The notes: generated by a model not told the origin, from the sequence alone. A stretch of DNA of 64,000 nt from an uncultured Isosphaeraceae bacterium (GCA_964474235.1 CAYYRP010000010.1:4934-68933); one strand, 5' to 3'; positions 1 to 9,632 are shown, counted from the stretch's first letter. A program made the numbers and translations.

Positions 1-838
1 GCCCGCGCTGCACAAGCAATTCAACTGCTTCGCGTTTTCCCGCAACATACCCGCCAGCCCCACCACCGAGTGCTTTACCAAGTGTTCCTGTAAAAATGTC
101 AATGTCCGCGCCCGCCATACCGTAATGTTCATGTGTACCGCGACCGGTCTCGCCCATCACGCCTGTGCCGTGCGAATCATCTACGACTAAGACTGCGCCG
201 AATTCATTGCACAACTCGCGTATTTTGGGAAGCAAAGCAATGTCCCCTTCCATCGAGAATACGCCGTCAGTTATAACGAAAAGAGAACCTTCATCAGAAC
301 GCTTTTCAGTTGCGGTGACTAATGCATCTCTTAGCGATTTCATATCGCTGTGTTTATAAATACACTTTGATACGCCGCGATGAATCGCAGTTGTCAAACG
401 CATTGAGTCAATGATGCACGCATGATTCAGTTCATCGGAGACAATCACATCTCCGTCTTGGCAAAGGGTTGGGAACGTCGCTTCAGTTGCGTTCCAACAC
501 GAAACAAATGTGTAACTCGCCTCAACGCCGAGAAACGAAGCGATTCGTTCTTCTAGTGCTTCGTGGGGCGCAAACGTACCGCAGATAAAACGCACCGATG
601 AAGTCCCCGCTCCGTACTTGCGAAGCCCTTGAATTCCAGCTTCAACAACATCAGGATGATTCGCTAGACCAAGGTAATTGTTCGAACAAAAACAATCGAC
701 TTCGCCTCGCCCCCGAATAGAAATCCGTGGTCCCATGGGCGATTCAATCATTTGCAATTTTTTAAGCTGGCCAGTTTCTTCAAGGTGTGCAAGAATTGCA
801 GATGAACGATCAATGAACGATGTAGATGTTGTAGTCAT
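1..838 (-). CDS. kbl: glycine C-acetyltransferase / 2-amino-3-ketobutyrate CoA ligase (PLP-dependent); C-terminus runs off the left edge
   Basis: Hand translation of the minus strand from the ATG at 838 gives MTTTSTSFIDRSS...CSNNYLGLANHPDVV...VVDDSHGTGVMGETGRGT...FTGTLGKALGG, which contains the alpha-oxoamine synthase PLP-lysine motif. It is absent from the ORF track because no stop lies in the window. Its start overlaps the tdh stop as ATGA. Confidence 0.85.
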   Translation of the reverse strand, partial: MTTTSTSFIDRSSAILAHLEETGQLKKLQMIESPMGPRISIRGRGEVDCFCSNNYLGLANHPDVVEAGIQGLRKYGAGTSSVRFICGTFAPHEALEERIASFLGVEASYTFVSCWNATEATFPTLCQDGDVIVSDELNHACIIDSMRLTTAIHRGVSKCIYKHSDMKSLRDALVTATEKRSDEGSLFVITDGVFSMEGDIALLPKIRELCNEFGAVLVVDDSHGTGVMGETGRGTHEHYGMAGADIDIFTGTLGKALGGGAGGYVAGKREAVELLVQRG

Positions 839-1902
839 GAGACGCTCTCGTATTGCTTTGTAATGTTTGGAACAAGGTACTCCTCAAACGCTTGTTCAAG
901 TGTATATTTCGGTTTGAATCCCCAGTCGCTTTCAGCAACGCTGCAGTCGAGTGCTTCTGGCCAAGAATCGACAATCGCTTGCCGTCTTTCATCTGGTTCA
1001 AATGCGATTGTAGCTGAAGGGAAATAATGCTTCACCAATTCTGCAACTTCGCCAGCAGACGGGCTAAAGCTTGCGATGTTATAGACAATTTGCGTCAGTT
1101 CATTCCGTGGGGCTGCAGCTAACTTGAGCGTTGCGTTGATTGCTTCAGGCATTGTCATGAATGGAATGCGCGAATCTGCTCGAACAAAACATGTATATGC
1201 TTCACCTCTTGCGGCAGCATGTAACATCTCAGGGACGAAGTCACTTGTGCCACCTGTGGGAATGGTTTCCGCAGAAATCAACCCGGGATACCGAACGCAA
1301 CGGAAATCGACAACACCTCGATTCTTGTCATCTCCTTGCACGCTATCTTGCGCAAGTTGTCGATAGGAATGGGCGTAGTACCGTCCAAGGTGTTCGCAAT
1401 ACAACTTGTTACAGCCATACATCGTTGACGGTTTGCAATGTTCATATTCTGAAACAGCACCTGCTTCTGTTTTCTGCGCGAGGGATCCAAAACCGTACGC
1501 TGCTATCGAGCTTGGAAAGACAACTTTTACTGGCTCGCCATACATTCGACCTTGTTCTGCAGCAATTTGAAGAATGTTTACGGTGCCATTCACATTGACT
1601 TGGTGTGCAACTTCGGGTGCAAGTTCCGCGCGAGTACTCAGCACAGCGGCTAAGTGATAAATTTCTTTCACTTGGTACATCGCAAGAAGGCGATCAAGGG
1701 CATCACGATCGCACACATCTGCAAGATATGTCTCGGCGCACTGCCCTCGCAGTGACAGTTCAATATCTCGAAGATCAGTTGCGACAATGTCAAGGTTTCC
1801 ATCCCCACTAAGAGAAGAAATCAAACCGTGGCCGACTTCTCCGCCAGCACCGGTGATAAATACCGCTGGTTTTCTACGTTCACCTAAATTGCTTTGCTCC
1901 AT
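835..1902 (-). CDS. tdh: L-threonine 3-dehydrogenase, NAD-dependent epimerase/SDR type
   Basis: 355 aa with a Rossmann motif VFITGAGGEVGHGL and an epimerase-like YxxxK region (YGCNKLYCE). It sits directly upstream of and is translationally coupled to kbl, the classic threonine degradation pair. Confidence 0.75.
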   Translation of the reverse strand: MEQSNLGERRKPAVFITGAGGEVGHGLISSLSGDGNLDIVATDLRDIELSLRGQCAETYLADVCDRDALDRLLAMYQVKEIYHLAAVLSTRAELAPEVAHQVNVNGTVNILQIAAEQGRMYGEPVKVVFPSSIAAYGFGSLAQKTEAGAVSEYEHCKPSTMYGCNKLYCEHLGRYYAHSYRQLAQDSVQGDDKNRGVVDFRCVRYPGLISAETIPTGGTSDFVPEMLHAAARGEAYTCFVRADSRIPFMTMPEAINATLKLAAAPRNELTQIVYNIASFSPSAGEVAELVKHYFPSATIAFEPDERRQAIVDSWPEALDCSVAESDWGFKPKYTLEQAFEEYLVPNITKQYESVS

Positions 1903-1929
1903 GTTGCATATTCTAGTATCTTGTACGGG

Positions 1930-2868
1930 ATGTTAGGCGTGCAGAGCAAGAATAGCGACATACAAAAATGGCGAGCGTTTTATCGAAAAAACGCCTCCCC
2001 AGAATTAGCTGAAACCTCGATTACTCCCTGCAAAGTAGTGGATGACTACGGAACAAAGAAATTCCTTCTGAAACTCAATGATGGGCTTGAAACAGAGTCG
2101 GTCATCCTGCCAATCAAGGGATTTAAGAAAACACGCCACACACTTTGCCTCTCATCGCAGGTCGGCTGTGCCATGGGTTGTGCCTTTTGCCAGACTGCCC
2201 AAATGGGATTGCTTCGGGATCTCACAACGGCTGAAATTGTTGCCCAGTGGCACGCGGCGCATCATGCCCTTGGAACCAAAATCGACAACATCGTGTTCAT
2301 GGGAATGGGCGAGCCGCTTGAAAATCTTGATGCAGTGATTCCTGCGATTGAGATACTTGCTGATAACAATGGCCCCGCAATCGCAAGTTCAAAAATCTGC
2401 GTTTCGACTGTCGGCAGAATTGAAGGCATTCAGTTGCTCGCTGCAATGGCACGAACCGACGGATTCAAACGATTATCGCTCGCGTTTTCTGTGAATGCAC
2501 CAAACGACGACGTACGGAAACAAATCATGCCTCTCGCACGTGCTGTTTCGATGGAGCAATTGCGTGATGCAATTTTGATGTATCCACGACACGATTGCGG
2601 TGGCGTACTCGCTGAATATGTTTTGATTCCGGGAGTCAACGACAGCGATGCGCATGCATTGGAAATCTGCGAATATCTCAAGCCCATTGGCTGTGGCTTA
2701 AACGTAATTCCATACAACCCTCGCGACAATAGCCCCTGGCCAGCGCCAACTGAAGAATCAGTTGATCGCTTTGTTGCTACTGCAAAATCAACTGGCCAAT
2801 TTGTTCGCCGCCGCATTACACTCGGCCGCGACGCGATGGCAGCCTGCGGCCAACTCGGTAATCATTGA
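1930..2868 (+). CDS. rlmN: RlmN/Cfr-family radical SAM adenine-C2 methyltransferase
   Basis: Contains the radical SAM motif CLSSQVGCAMGCAFCQT and the conserved C-terminal AACGQL. The ORF-track start at 1894 overlaps the divergent tdh start, so the Met at 1930 (MLGVQSK) is preferred. The start remains uncertain. Confidence 0.8.
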   Translation: MLGVQSKNSDIQKWRAFYRKNASPELAETSITPCKVVDDYGTKKFLLKLNDGLETESVILPIKGFKKTRHTLCLSSQVGCAMGCAFCQTAQMGLLRDLTTAEIVAQWHAAHHALGTKIDNIVFMGMGEPLENLDAVIPAIEILADNNGPAIASSKICVSTVGRIEGIQLLAAMARTDGFKRLSLAFSVNAPNDDVRKQIMPLARAVSMEQLRDAILMYPRHDCGGVLAEYVLIPGVNDSDAHALEICEYLKPIGCGLNVIPYNPRDNSPWPAPTEESVDRFVATAKSTGQFVRRRITLGRDAMAACGQLGNH

Positions 2869-2952
2869 CTCGGGGCAGAGGGTGCAACATCGGGTATTGA
2901 TGTGTGCACATACCGAGACCCGGGGTCAATGATGTCGAGGAACGACCCGCAA

Positions 2953-2994
2953 AAACAACCCGCGGGGTTGTTTATTTCGCGGGGTTGTTTATTT
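2953..2994. repeat. REP hairpin copy (2953..2973) followed by a 17-nt tandem duplication of its right arm (cgcggggttgtttattt x2, 2961..2994)
   Basis: The sequence aaacaacccgcggggttgttt is read directly. It lies between convergent rlmN and the 2989..4449 gene. The TAA stop of the latter (2989..2991) lies inside the duplicated arm. Confidence 0.85.
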
Positions 2995-4449
2995 GGCAGC
3001 GGCGATTTTGAGAAAGTTAGCGAGATATTGTCCACTTTGGTTGTAATCATTGACGACAGCACCATGGAACTGTTCGGAGTAACAAGGGCGAATTGTAGAT
3101 TTGATGGTTTGGATATATGTACTGTGGCCAGTTTCGACGAACTCGGTATATCGAGGGTCTTCTAGAAACAAAGGGCTGATCGCCCAACTGTGAATCTCGA
3201 CTGCACAAAAACCATCAGAAATACCTTCGAAAATTGGATCGGTTTTGTATTCAGGAACGACCTCGACAAGGGCAGGCGTCTCACCTTTCGTAATTCTAAA
3301 CATCGTGTCATCAAACCATCCCATCCAATGCGCAAAACTTTGCCCATAAGCCATTGCATAAAACTCGTTACCCGCGCAGATACCCATCATCGGGATGTCG
3401 TTGACTTCTCGGTACATTTCAAATTCGCCGTAATATTCAAACATGGGCAAATTTTGCCAATCTGCATTATTACCGCTAAAAATGATCGCCATTGGTTTAT
3501 TTGTAAGTGATTCAAGAACTTGCAACGACATCTCGTAATGTGGGACAGTCACTGTTTTATAGCCTTGTGATTCAACAAACGCGGCAAGTTGCGTATAAGT
3601 AAACCCATTCATCTGGTTCCCAATGATCAGGACATAGTCACCTTCTGGAACGTCTGGTGTTTCTGGTTCACCCTGAACGTATGGAATAATACAATTGATC
3701 TGAGCTTGCAATGCATTTTGTTTTGATATGGAAAGACGGTAATAACGCGCGTTGACCGATTCGAAATCTATGATATTACGATACGTGTCATTTCCAACTA
3801 CTTTGGTACCTTGAATATCCACCCACCGCGCACCATCATTACTTGCTTGCCACACAAAATCTGTCAGCCATCCTGAACCAAGCGTAGAATTTCGTATTGA
3901 CAACATCCAGAACCTACTTACTGGAGTTTGCTTTCCCATATCAAACATCACCCAAGGGGTAGTGTGGTGCTTTCCGGGGGGCTCACTGTTCCAATATGTA
4001 ACTTGCCCTTGATCATTCCAATCAATAATATTCTTTGCATCTTGCCCCCCAGAAACTAAGATGTCCGAAACCTCAGCACGAAGATACCCTGAAAATGTCT
4101 GCGAGTTTGCAACATCAACGTAAAACCGTGTTGTGTTCCAATCACTATCGCCGTCATTAGTAACTGTTTTAGCCCGCCAATAATACGTGCCGTCATCAAG
4201 TGCATGTTGAGGTTCCACTTGTTTTTCAGAAATATGTTGATTTTGCTGCGTAATTCCTTCATACCGAAGCATGACTTCTTGAAATGAACGCTCAGTTGAA
4301 AGTTCGTACGTAATTGTGTACTGATCCACACCTTCAGGATTACCAACTGAAAGGATCGGCTGTGTATTCGTGCAAATAACATCTAACTGTGGATTATTGT
4401 TGAAAGTTGGTGGCGAAACTGTGACGAGCAATAACAATGATAAAAACAT
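2989..4449 (-). CDS. secreted multidomain protein: F5/8 type C (discoidin)-like domain plus C-terminal class I glutamine amidotransferase-like domain
   Basis: Hydrophobic N-terminus MFLSLLLLVTVSPP. The central segment WNSEPPGKHHTTPWVMFDMGKQTPVSRFWML...WQASNDGARWVDI...ARYYRL looks discoidin-like. The C-terminal part has a nucleophile-elbow-like MGICAGNEFYAMAYG and a later EQFHGAV (compare the GATase1 QFHPE motif). Confidence 0.5.
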   Translation of the reverse strand: MFLSLLLLVTVSPPTFNNNPQLDVICTNTQPILSVGNPEGVDQYTITYELSTERSFQEVMLRYEGITQQNQHISEKQVEPQHALDDGTYYWRAKTVTNDGDSDWNTTRFYVDVANSQTFSGYLRAEVSDILVSGGQDAKNIIDWNDQGQVTYWNSEPPGKHHTTPWVMFDMGKQTPVSRFWMLSIRNSTLGSGWLTDFVWQASNDGARWVDIQGTKVVGNDTYRNIIDFESVNARYYRLSISKQNALQAQINCIIPYVQGEPETPDVPEGDYVLIIGNQMNGFTYTQLAAFVESQGYKTVTVPHYEMSLQVLESLTNKPMAIIFSGNNADWQNLPMFEYYGEFEMYREVNDIPMMGICAGNEFYAMAYGQSFAHWMGWFDDTMFRITKGETPALVEVVPEYKTDPIFEGISDGFCAVEIHSWAISPLFLEDPRYTEFVETGHSTYIQTIKSTIRPCYSEQFHGAVVNDYNQSGQYLANFLKIAAAK

Positions 4450-4460
4450 TTGTTTACCTT

Positions 4461-4497
4461 ATAAAAAACTGCCTCAAAAAATACTTTGAGGCAGTTT
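4461..4497 (-). terminator. rho-independent terminator after the 4519..6147 gene
   Basis: Perfect 13-bp stem aaactgcctcaaa / tttgaggcagttt (4466..4497) with a 6-nt loop. On the minus strand it is followed by TTTTATAAGG. Confidence 0.7.
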
Positions 4498-4518
4498 AGT
4501 CGAATACATAGTAGATTG

Positions 4519-6147
4519 TTACCGAGGTTGACGCCCACCGCCACCACGGCTTCCAGGGCCTTGGCTGCCCCCTTGATCGCCACCTCTTCCGGGAGGTCCA
4601 CCGCCATTGCGGAAATGTTCTCGAATTGCTTCGCGTTCTGACTCGCTAATTTCACCATCGCCATTTTTATCAAACTGCTGCATAAATGCTTCACGGTCCC
4701 CATCAAAACCACCTCGGCGATTTCCACGGTCACCCCGATCACCACGCCCACGATCTTCGCGGACTTCACGTTTCTTCAAACCACCAAGTTCTTCGATTTG
4801 TTCTTCGGTGAGAAGAAGTCGGAGTTGTTGCAAATAATTTTCTTCTACAGTTTCACGATTTTCTTCAGCTTTACGAATTGGGCTTTCTGGACGATCCGAT
4901 TGTCCACCCGACATTCTCGATCTAAACCTGATCATTCGCTCAAGTTCTTCTTGAGATTCCCAACGTTTTGTCTCAGAAAGGATTTGCTCATTTGCATATT
5001 CCAATTCCGTCAACAACGCGTCGTACAACTCAACTACTGAGATCAAAATTTCAGGATCGATCTCTTCGAGTTCCATAGCACCAAGATATGCTCGCTCAAC
5101 TCGCGTTGTTCTAAAAATTCTGGGATACGCTCGTTCACGTGCAAGATGCGTAAATGCAGACCCTTCTTCAGAAGGCAACGCCATTGCAATTTGCATTACT
5201 GCATCATCATTGATTTGACGTACTGTTTCAGCAAGCCTCGCTTGCTCCTTCATAAGTCCATCGCTCGCATTGTCCGTTGATCTAAAAGATGCCATCAAGG
5301 CACCTTGATTTTCTACGAGATGGTCATCTCGCGCTTGCAGAGCAGAAGTAACATGCACATCCCATTCGTTAATTGCAGGGAGCAAAGCGGAAAGAGTTTC
5401 GTCATCGTAATCTTGTTGTTCTACAAGACCCATCACATCAAGAGTTTCACCGCTCAGTCTACCCTGAGGCAATAATCGATCACGAATCAAGATCCTCTTC
5501 AGTGGCGGCCACAAAAGTAACTGCTCTTCATTCAGAACAGTAACGAGGTCAGTCTCAAATTCAATTCGCATTTGCTTTTTTATACGCAGTTGGTCAGTGA
5601 CGTACAGCGAGAGTTCTTCCATTGCAGTTTGTCGTTCAGGGGATTCCCACTGCGCGGCGCGGGCTTCATTCATCTGCTGCCGAATTTCTTCCATTTCAGC
5701 ATTCAACCGCTCTTGCAATTCTTGCATTCCATCTTCGTCTTGAAGTTGGCGAGCGGAGTCCATCTTTTCTCGAATTTCTCTCATGCGATCGCGAAGCTGT
5801 TGCGATTGTTGACGGGCGGGATCATCCTCACCCCCACGCATGTTGGAAAAAGCCCCTCGCATTCCTTCTTCACTTGCAGTTGAAGCTTCTCTGAAGGATT
5901 CATCATAATCTCGAAGAATTTGTTCAACGATGACAGTTTGTTCTTCGTCAAGATTGAGCGTTTCTTGAAATCGTCTCAAATCACGCAGCATGTAATCGGG
6001 AGATGTGCCACCAGCAGTGATTCTTGACATCATTCCGCCACCTCTTCCTCCACGACCTCCACCCGGTTGAGCGTAAAGTGCTGTGGTGCAAGAAATTATG
6101 GCAATTGAAATAATGAATGTTTTCAGCGGTGATTGTATAAAACGCAT
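4519..6147 (-). CDS. periplasmic coiled, charge-rich protein with LTxxQ-like motifs, a C-terminal EF-hand and Gly/Arg-rich ends
   Basis: The start is moved to the ATG at 6147 (MRFIQSPLKTFIISIAIISCTTALYAQ, a signal peptide), which is preceded by AAGGAG 7 nt upstream. Motifs seen: LNLDEEQ, LNEEQ, LTEEQIEEL, the EF-hand loop DKNGDGEISESE, and GGRGGRGGG / GGGGRQPR tails. Confidence 0.5.
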   Translation of the reverse strand: MRFIQSPLKTFIISIAIISCTTALYAQPGGGRGGRGGGMMSRITAGGTSPDYMLRDLRRFQETLNLDEEQTVIVEQILRDYDESFREASTASEEGMRGAFSNMRGGEDDPARQQSQQLRDRMREIREKMDSARQLQDEDGMQELQERLNAEMEEIRQQMNEARAAQWESPERQTAMEELSLYVTDQLRIKKQMRIEFETDLVTVLNEEQLLLWPPLKRILIRDRLLPQGRLSGETLDVMGLVEQQDYDDETLSALLPAINEWDVHVTSALQARDDHLVENQGALMASFRSTDNASDGLMKEQARLAETVRQINDDAVMQIAMALPSEEGSAFTHLARERAYPRIFRTTRVERAYLGAMELEEIDPEILISVVELYDALLTELEYANEQILSETKRWESQEELERMIRFRSRMSGGQSDRPESPIRKAEENRETVEENYLQQLRLLLTEEQIEELGGLKKREVREDRGRGDRGDRGNRRGGFDGDREAFMQQFDKNGDGEISESEREAIREHFRNGGGPPGRGGDQGGSQGPGSRGGGGRQPR

Positions 6148-6244
6148 ACGTTGCTCCTTTTTTATGTACGCACCCAATATGTAGGGCAGAAGTGTTTAAC
6201 GCATAGTGACATGAAATATATCAATTTTTTTACTTTTTATTCGT

Positions 6245-6625
6245 TTATTTTTGATCAAAAACAGGCAGTGTAGATTCGTAATAGGCTATTGTTGGCGGCG
6301 AATATCCAAGGTTTACCGTAATGAGGTCAACTCGCAAATTACATCTGTGGAAGTTCGCGATCGCTCGCAATTGCCTTGCTGCTCGCAACATACAACGACG
6401 CTTCTGATGACCAACTGTATCCCTTGGGTCTTTTGCTGGATTCTTCGTAGACCGAACCTCTACCAAAGCGAGCGTTTCGCCTTTCGGAGAAACTGCAAGA
6501 ATATCAATTTCGTCTTTGTCTACGCGCAGATTTTTTTCGACGATTCTCCAACCCCGCTTGCGTAGAAATGTACGAGCCAATCGCTCGCCTCGAACTCCCG
6601 TCGATGTACTTCTCCAAAAAAACAC
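6245..6625 (-). CDS. yraN: YraN family (UPF0102) endonuclease-like protein
   Basis: GERLARTFLRKRGWRIVEKNLRVDKDEIDILAV...LALVEVRST matches the UPF0102 pattern, and the size (126 aa) is typical. Confidence 0.8.
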   Translation of the reverse strand: MFFWRSTSTGVRGERLARTFLRKRGWRIVEKNLRVDKDEIDILAVSPKGETLALVEVRSTKNPAKDPRDTVGHQKRRCMLRAARQLRAIANFHRCNLRVDLITVNLGYSPPTIAYYESTLPVFDQK

Positions 6626-6627
6626 AA

Positions 6628-7839
6628 TTAATGCATATACCGTGTTACTGCAACATACAAAATACGCTCAACCATTGCATTAAATTCGTCGTAACTCCCA
6701 TCGGCAAGGATACGATCAAGGAAACGTTTTTCTTCAATCATGCTCTGAATTCCAAACAAACGTTCTCGAAGAAATAATTGCACTTGGGGATCCCAAATTG
6801 ACGCAGTTTGTGGCTCATTCATTTCAACAACAGTGAACCAATACATCGACGAACCAATTTGTATTGGACCAACGACTTCACTTTCTTCTAAGCCAACAAT
6901 GTGCGACTTAATTGAATCTGCAACATCAATACCCTCCAGCCCGGTCGCATCAACTTCAAATGAATCCCACACTCCATCGTTTTCCATTCCTACACTTGTT
7001 GCAACTGTTGCAAAAGAATCACCTCGAGCAAATGAGGACGTGACTACTTCAATATCTTCTTCGCTTGACACATGAATCATTCCAAGTGTAATTTTTCCGG
7101 CAACATTAAGATTCCCTTTGTTCTTCTCCCAATCACGCTTCACATCACGCCATGTCACTTGAATGTGCGGAGAAACTTTTTCACGCAGCAACTGTTCAAT
7201 CAACACCTGCTGCTGCTTATAATCCAAATACTCATCAACAGTCTGCCCTTCTTCATCAAGCAACTGGCGAGTCACCGCACTTTGACTACCTCCCTCAGAT
7301 GATGCCATATCTTCCCGAACTCTTTGCAAATATGCAAACAATCCTTGTTTCTCTTCAACAGTCATTCCCGATTTTGCCTCTGATAACAATAATTCACTCT
7401 TCACAACGGCTTGCATTTGAGAGGCAATGAGTTGCTTCGCTCCATTTTTAAATGCGGTAGTATCGTGTTGGATTTCCTCAGAAAAAATAAGGAGTTGATC
7501 CGCTATTGGCTCAAGAATTTCGTTTGCAAAAATTGGCCGACCATTCACCTGACCAACCAACGATTCAACAACTACAGGCGTCCCCGCTCTCGTTGGCATC
7601 AATACTGATTCTTCAGCAGCAAATGCAAGTTGGTCGTGTTCTATCTCTGCAACTTCTTCAACGACCGCTTCTTCAATAAACAGATCATCTGCTGGCGATT
7701 CAACTTCCCCCGCAACACCAACAAAATCAGCTGGTGTGATCAAACGCCTTGTCTCTTGAACAACTTCTAACTGCCTTGTGCAACCAAGAGAAAAGGTACA
7801 CACGATAAGTATTGCAATCCATAGCTTCATGGGTATCAT
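6628..7839 (-). CDS. SurA/PrsA-like periplasmic chaperone lipoprotein with a degenerate parvulin-like C-terminal domain
   Basis: The real start is taken as the ATG at 7839 (MIPMKLWIAILIVCTFSLGC, a lipobox). The longer ORF-track start at 8103 would overlap the well-supported DUF1844 gene. The C-terminal segment ITLGMIHVSS...GDSFATVATSVGMENDG...YWFTVVE is parvulin-like. Confidence 0.5.
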   Translation of the reverse strand: MIPMKLWIAILIVCTFSLGCTRQLEVVQETRRLITPADFVGVAGEVESPADDLFIEEAVVEEVAEIEHDQLAFAAEESVLMPTRAGTPVVVESLVGQVNGRPIFANEILEPIADQLLIFSEEIQHDTTAFKNGAKQLIASQMQAVVKSELLLSEAKSGMTVEEKQGLFAYLQRVREDMASSEGGSQSAVTRQLLDEEGQTVDEYLDYKQQQVLIEQLLREKVSPHIQVTWRDVKRDWEKNKGNLNVAGKITLGMIHVSSEEDIEVVTSSFARGDSFATVATSVGMENDGVWDSFEVDATGLEGIDVADSIKSHIVGLEESEVVGPIQIGSSMYWFTVVEMNEPQTASIWDPQVQLFLRERLFGIQSMIEEKRFLDRILADGSYDEFNAMVERILYVAVTRYMH

Positions 7840-7913
7840 TGTACCCTCGAATTTGTCTATAATGACAAAATTATGCCTTTTGGCAATACAGATCACAAAT
7901 TTGGAGAGACACA

Positions 7914-8375
7914 ATGACCGAATCCCAAGATACCCCAGACGCAGCACCGAAACTCGAAATCGATTCTGATTGGAAAGCAGAAGCCCAAGCTGAAAAAGAG
8001 AAGCTTGCCCAAGCCGAACAAAAAGTAGAAGAACGAGCTGAAGCAAGAAAAACGCCAGATGCAGACTTTCGAGGTTTACTCGGAGCCCTTGCCTCACAAG
8101 CACTTATGGGCCTCGGCATGCACCAAGACCCCAGCGGCAAAGGTGTCATGGTCGATCTTGAAGGCTCAAAATTCGTCATTGATCTGATCGGTGTCGTCGA
8201 AGAAAAAACCAAGGGCAACCTCTCCGAAGAAGAAGAAACTGAACTGAAACAACTGTACAGTGAATTGCAAAATAGATTTGTACAAATTGCGCAACTTGTT
8301 GCTGCTCAAGGACAGGGCGAAGGTGGTCCCCAAGCATCCCCCGCTGTTCCGGGGATCATCGACCCAACGGCGTAA
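7914..8375 (+). CDS. DUF1844 domain protein
   Basis: DFRGLLGALASQALMGLGMHQDP...IDLIGVVEEKTKGNLSEEEETELKQLYSELQNRF matches my recollection of the DUF1844 signature (..KTKGNL..EE..). GGAGAG lies upstream of the ATG. Confidence 0.75.
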   Translation: MTESQDTPDAAPKLEIDSDWKAEAQAEKEKLAQAEQKVEERAEARKTPDADFRGLLGALASQALMGLGMHQDPSGKGVMVDLEGSKFVIDLIGVVEEKTKGNLSEEEETELKQLYSELQNRFVQIAQLVAAQGQGEGGPQASPAVPGIIDPTA

Positions 8376-9632
8376 CTACAACCACAAGCACGCAAGCCGC
8401 ACCGTGATGATCAACATCGCGGCGATTTGCAATAGAAACAAGACTCTCGGCAATTGCTTCCACCAAATGATCGGTAACAAAAATGCCCACACTATCAGAA
8501 AACGATCAAAGACAAATCCCTGCGTGCATGCATACAAGAGCCAACCTAGCATGAGCGTGTAAAAAGAAATATGCGTCACTGTTTCTTTACGGGAAGTTTG
8601 CTGCATTCCAAGAAGACCAGCCAGCCCGATTCCAGCAAGAACAGCGAGCAAGATAGTCTGAAATTTTGTATCACTTGTTAGCATCTTCACTGCTGTACCA
8701 ACGATCCCCTGAAACCGCTGCGTAGGGTTGTCATAATCAATTGTAGACGGGACAAATAAATCTGGAGTTGCAAACAACACCAGAAGTACACCAACAATTG
8801 CAGCGCCAAAAAGCCACCTGCGATTCGTTTGTTTCTTCCATGCATACACTGCAAATATCCCGACGAACGGAGCGAGCGCGGCAGCTAGATATGAAAGACT
8901 TTCAAGTCTAAAACCAAGCCCATGCAAGTTTTGATACTTTGGGCTCACCAAACCATCCCACCGTATCCACAGCGGAATCCTCGACAATCCCGCAAGTGCG
9001 CCTGCTACCCACCACGGCCAACTTCTCACACCGTCGCGTAAAAGAGCAACAATACAAATTGCACCCACAAGTGCAACGACATGGATACGGCTATGGAGCG
9101 CAATCGCAACAAGAAGCCCAAACAAAATTGGTGAGCACAAATTTCGATGATCTCTCGCATGCAAGTAGACCGCGACGATGAGTAGTTCAATGAGAATAAA
9201 TGAAATTTCTCCCATCACAATCTCGCTGAACACCAACGCATAAGGGAATAGTAACCAGCCGATTGCAACTGCTACATGCCCACCTCTTCGGACACCGCAT
9301 ACAGAAGCGATGTAGGCGAGCACAGCCATACATCCGATACTGCTCGACACACTAACCATACGAAGTGCATTGAGTGATCCACCAAAAAGTTCGCCCAAAA
9401 AAGCATAGGGCCAAATCATCGCTGGCCCTTTTGTTTCTTCAAAATCAATTGCTCTTTGAACGCTCCACCCTTGCTCAATTAAGTCATTGATCGGGACGGT
9501 TATATATTGTTCATCAAATACAAAATCGGATTGCAAAATGCTCGACCCAAACCGAACACAGAGTAGAACAAATGCAACAAACAGAACCGCCCCGACCATC
9601 CACCGCCAATCATGTTTTGTTGAACTATACAT
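8376..9632 (-). CDS. polytopic membrane protein, GT-C fold (ArnT/PMT-like) glycosyltransferase candidate
   Basis: Many predicted TM helices. A DE motif lies in the first extracytoplasmic loop (FVFDEQYITVP), as in GT-C enzymes. The start is uncertain (9632 or 9599). It is convergent with and abuts the DUF1844 stop with a 0-nt gap. Confidence 0.4.
   Translation of the reverse strand: MYSSTKHDWRWMVGAVLFVAFVLLCVRFGSSILQSDFVFDEQYITVPINDLIEQGWSVQRAIDFEETKGPAMIWPYAFLGELFGGSLNALRMVSVSSSIGCMAVLAYIASVCGVRRGGHVAVAIGWLLFPYALVFSEIVMGEISFILIELLIVAVYLHARDHRNLCSPILFGLLVAIALHSRIHVVALVGAICIVALLRDGVRSWPWWVAGALAGLSRIPLWIRWDGLVSPKYQNLHGLGFRLESLSYLAAALAPFVGIFAVYAWKKQTNRRWLFGAAIVGVLLVLFATPDLFVPSTIDYDNPTQRFQGIVGTAVKMLTSDTKFQTILLAVLAGIGLAGLLGMQQTSRKETVTHISFYTLMLGWLLYACTQGFVFDRFLIVWAFLLPIIWWKQLPRVLFLLQIAAMLIITVRLACLWL

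Noticed and set aside
4383-4769. 128-aa ORF bridging the 3' end of the 4519..6147 gene and the start of the discoidin-domain gene
   Set aside because: It overlaps two better-supported genes in other frames and crosses a strong terminator hairpin.
7840-8103. N-terminal 88-codon extension of ORF 6628..8103
   Set aside because: It overlaps the well-supported DUF1844 gene on the other strand. The internal Met at 7839 gives a textbook lipoprotein signal (LGC lipobox).
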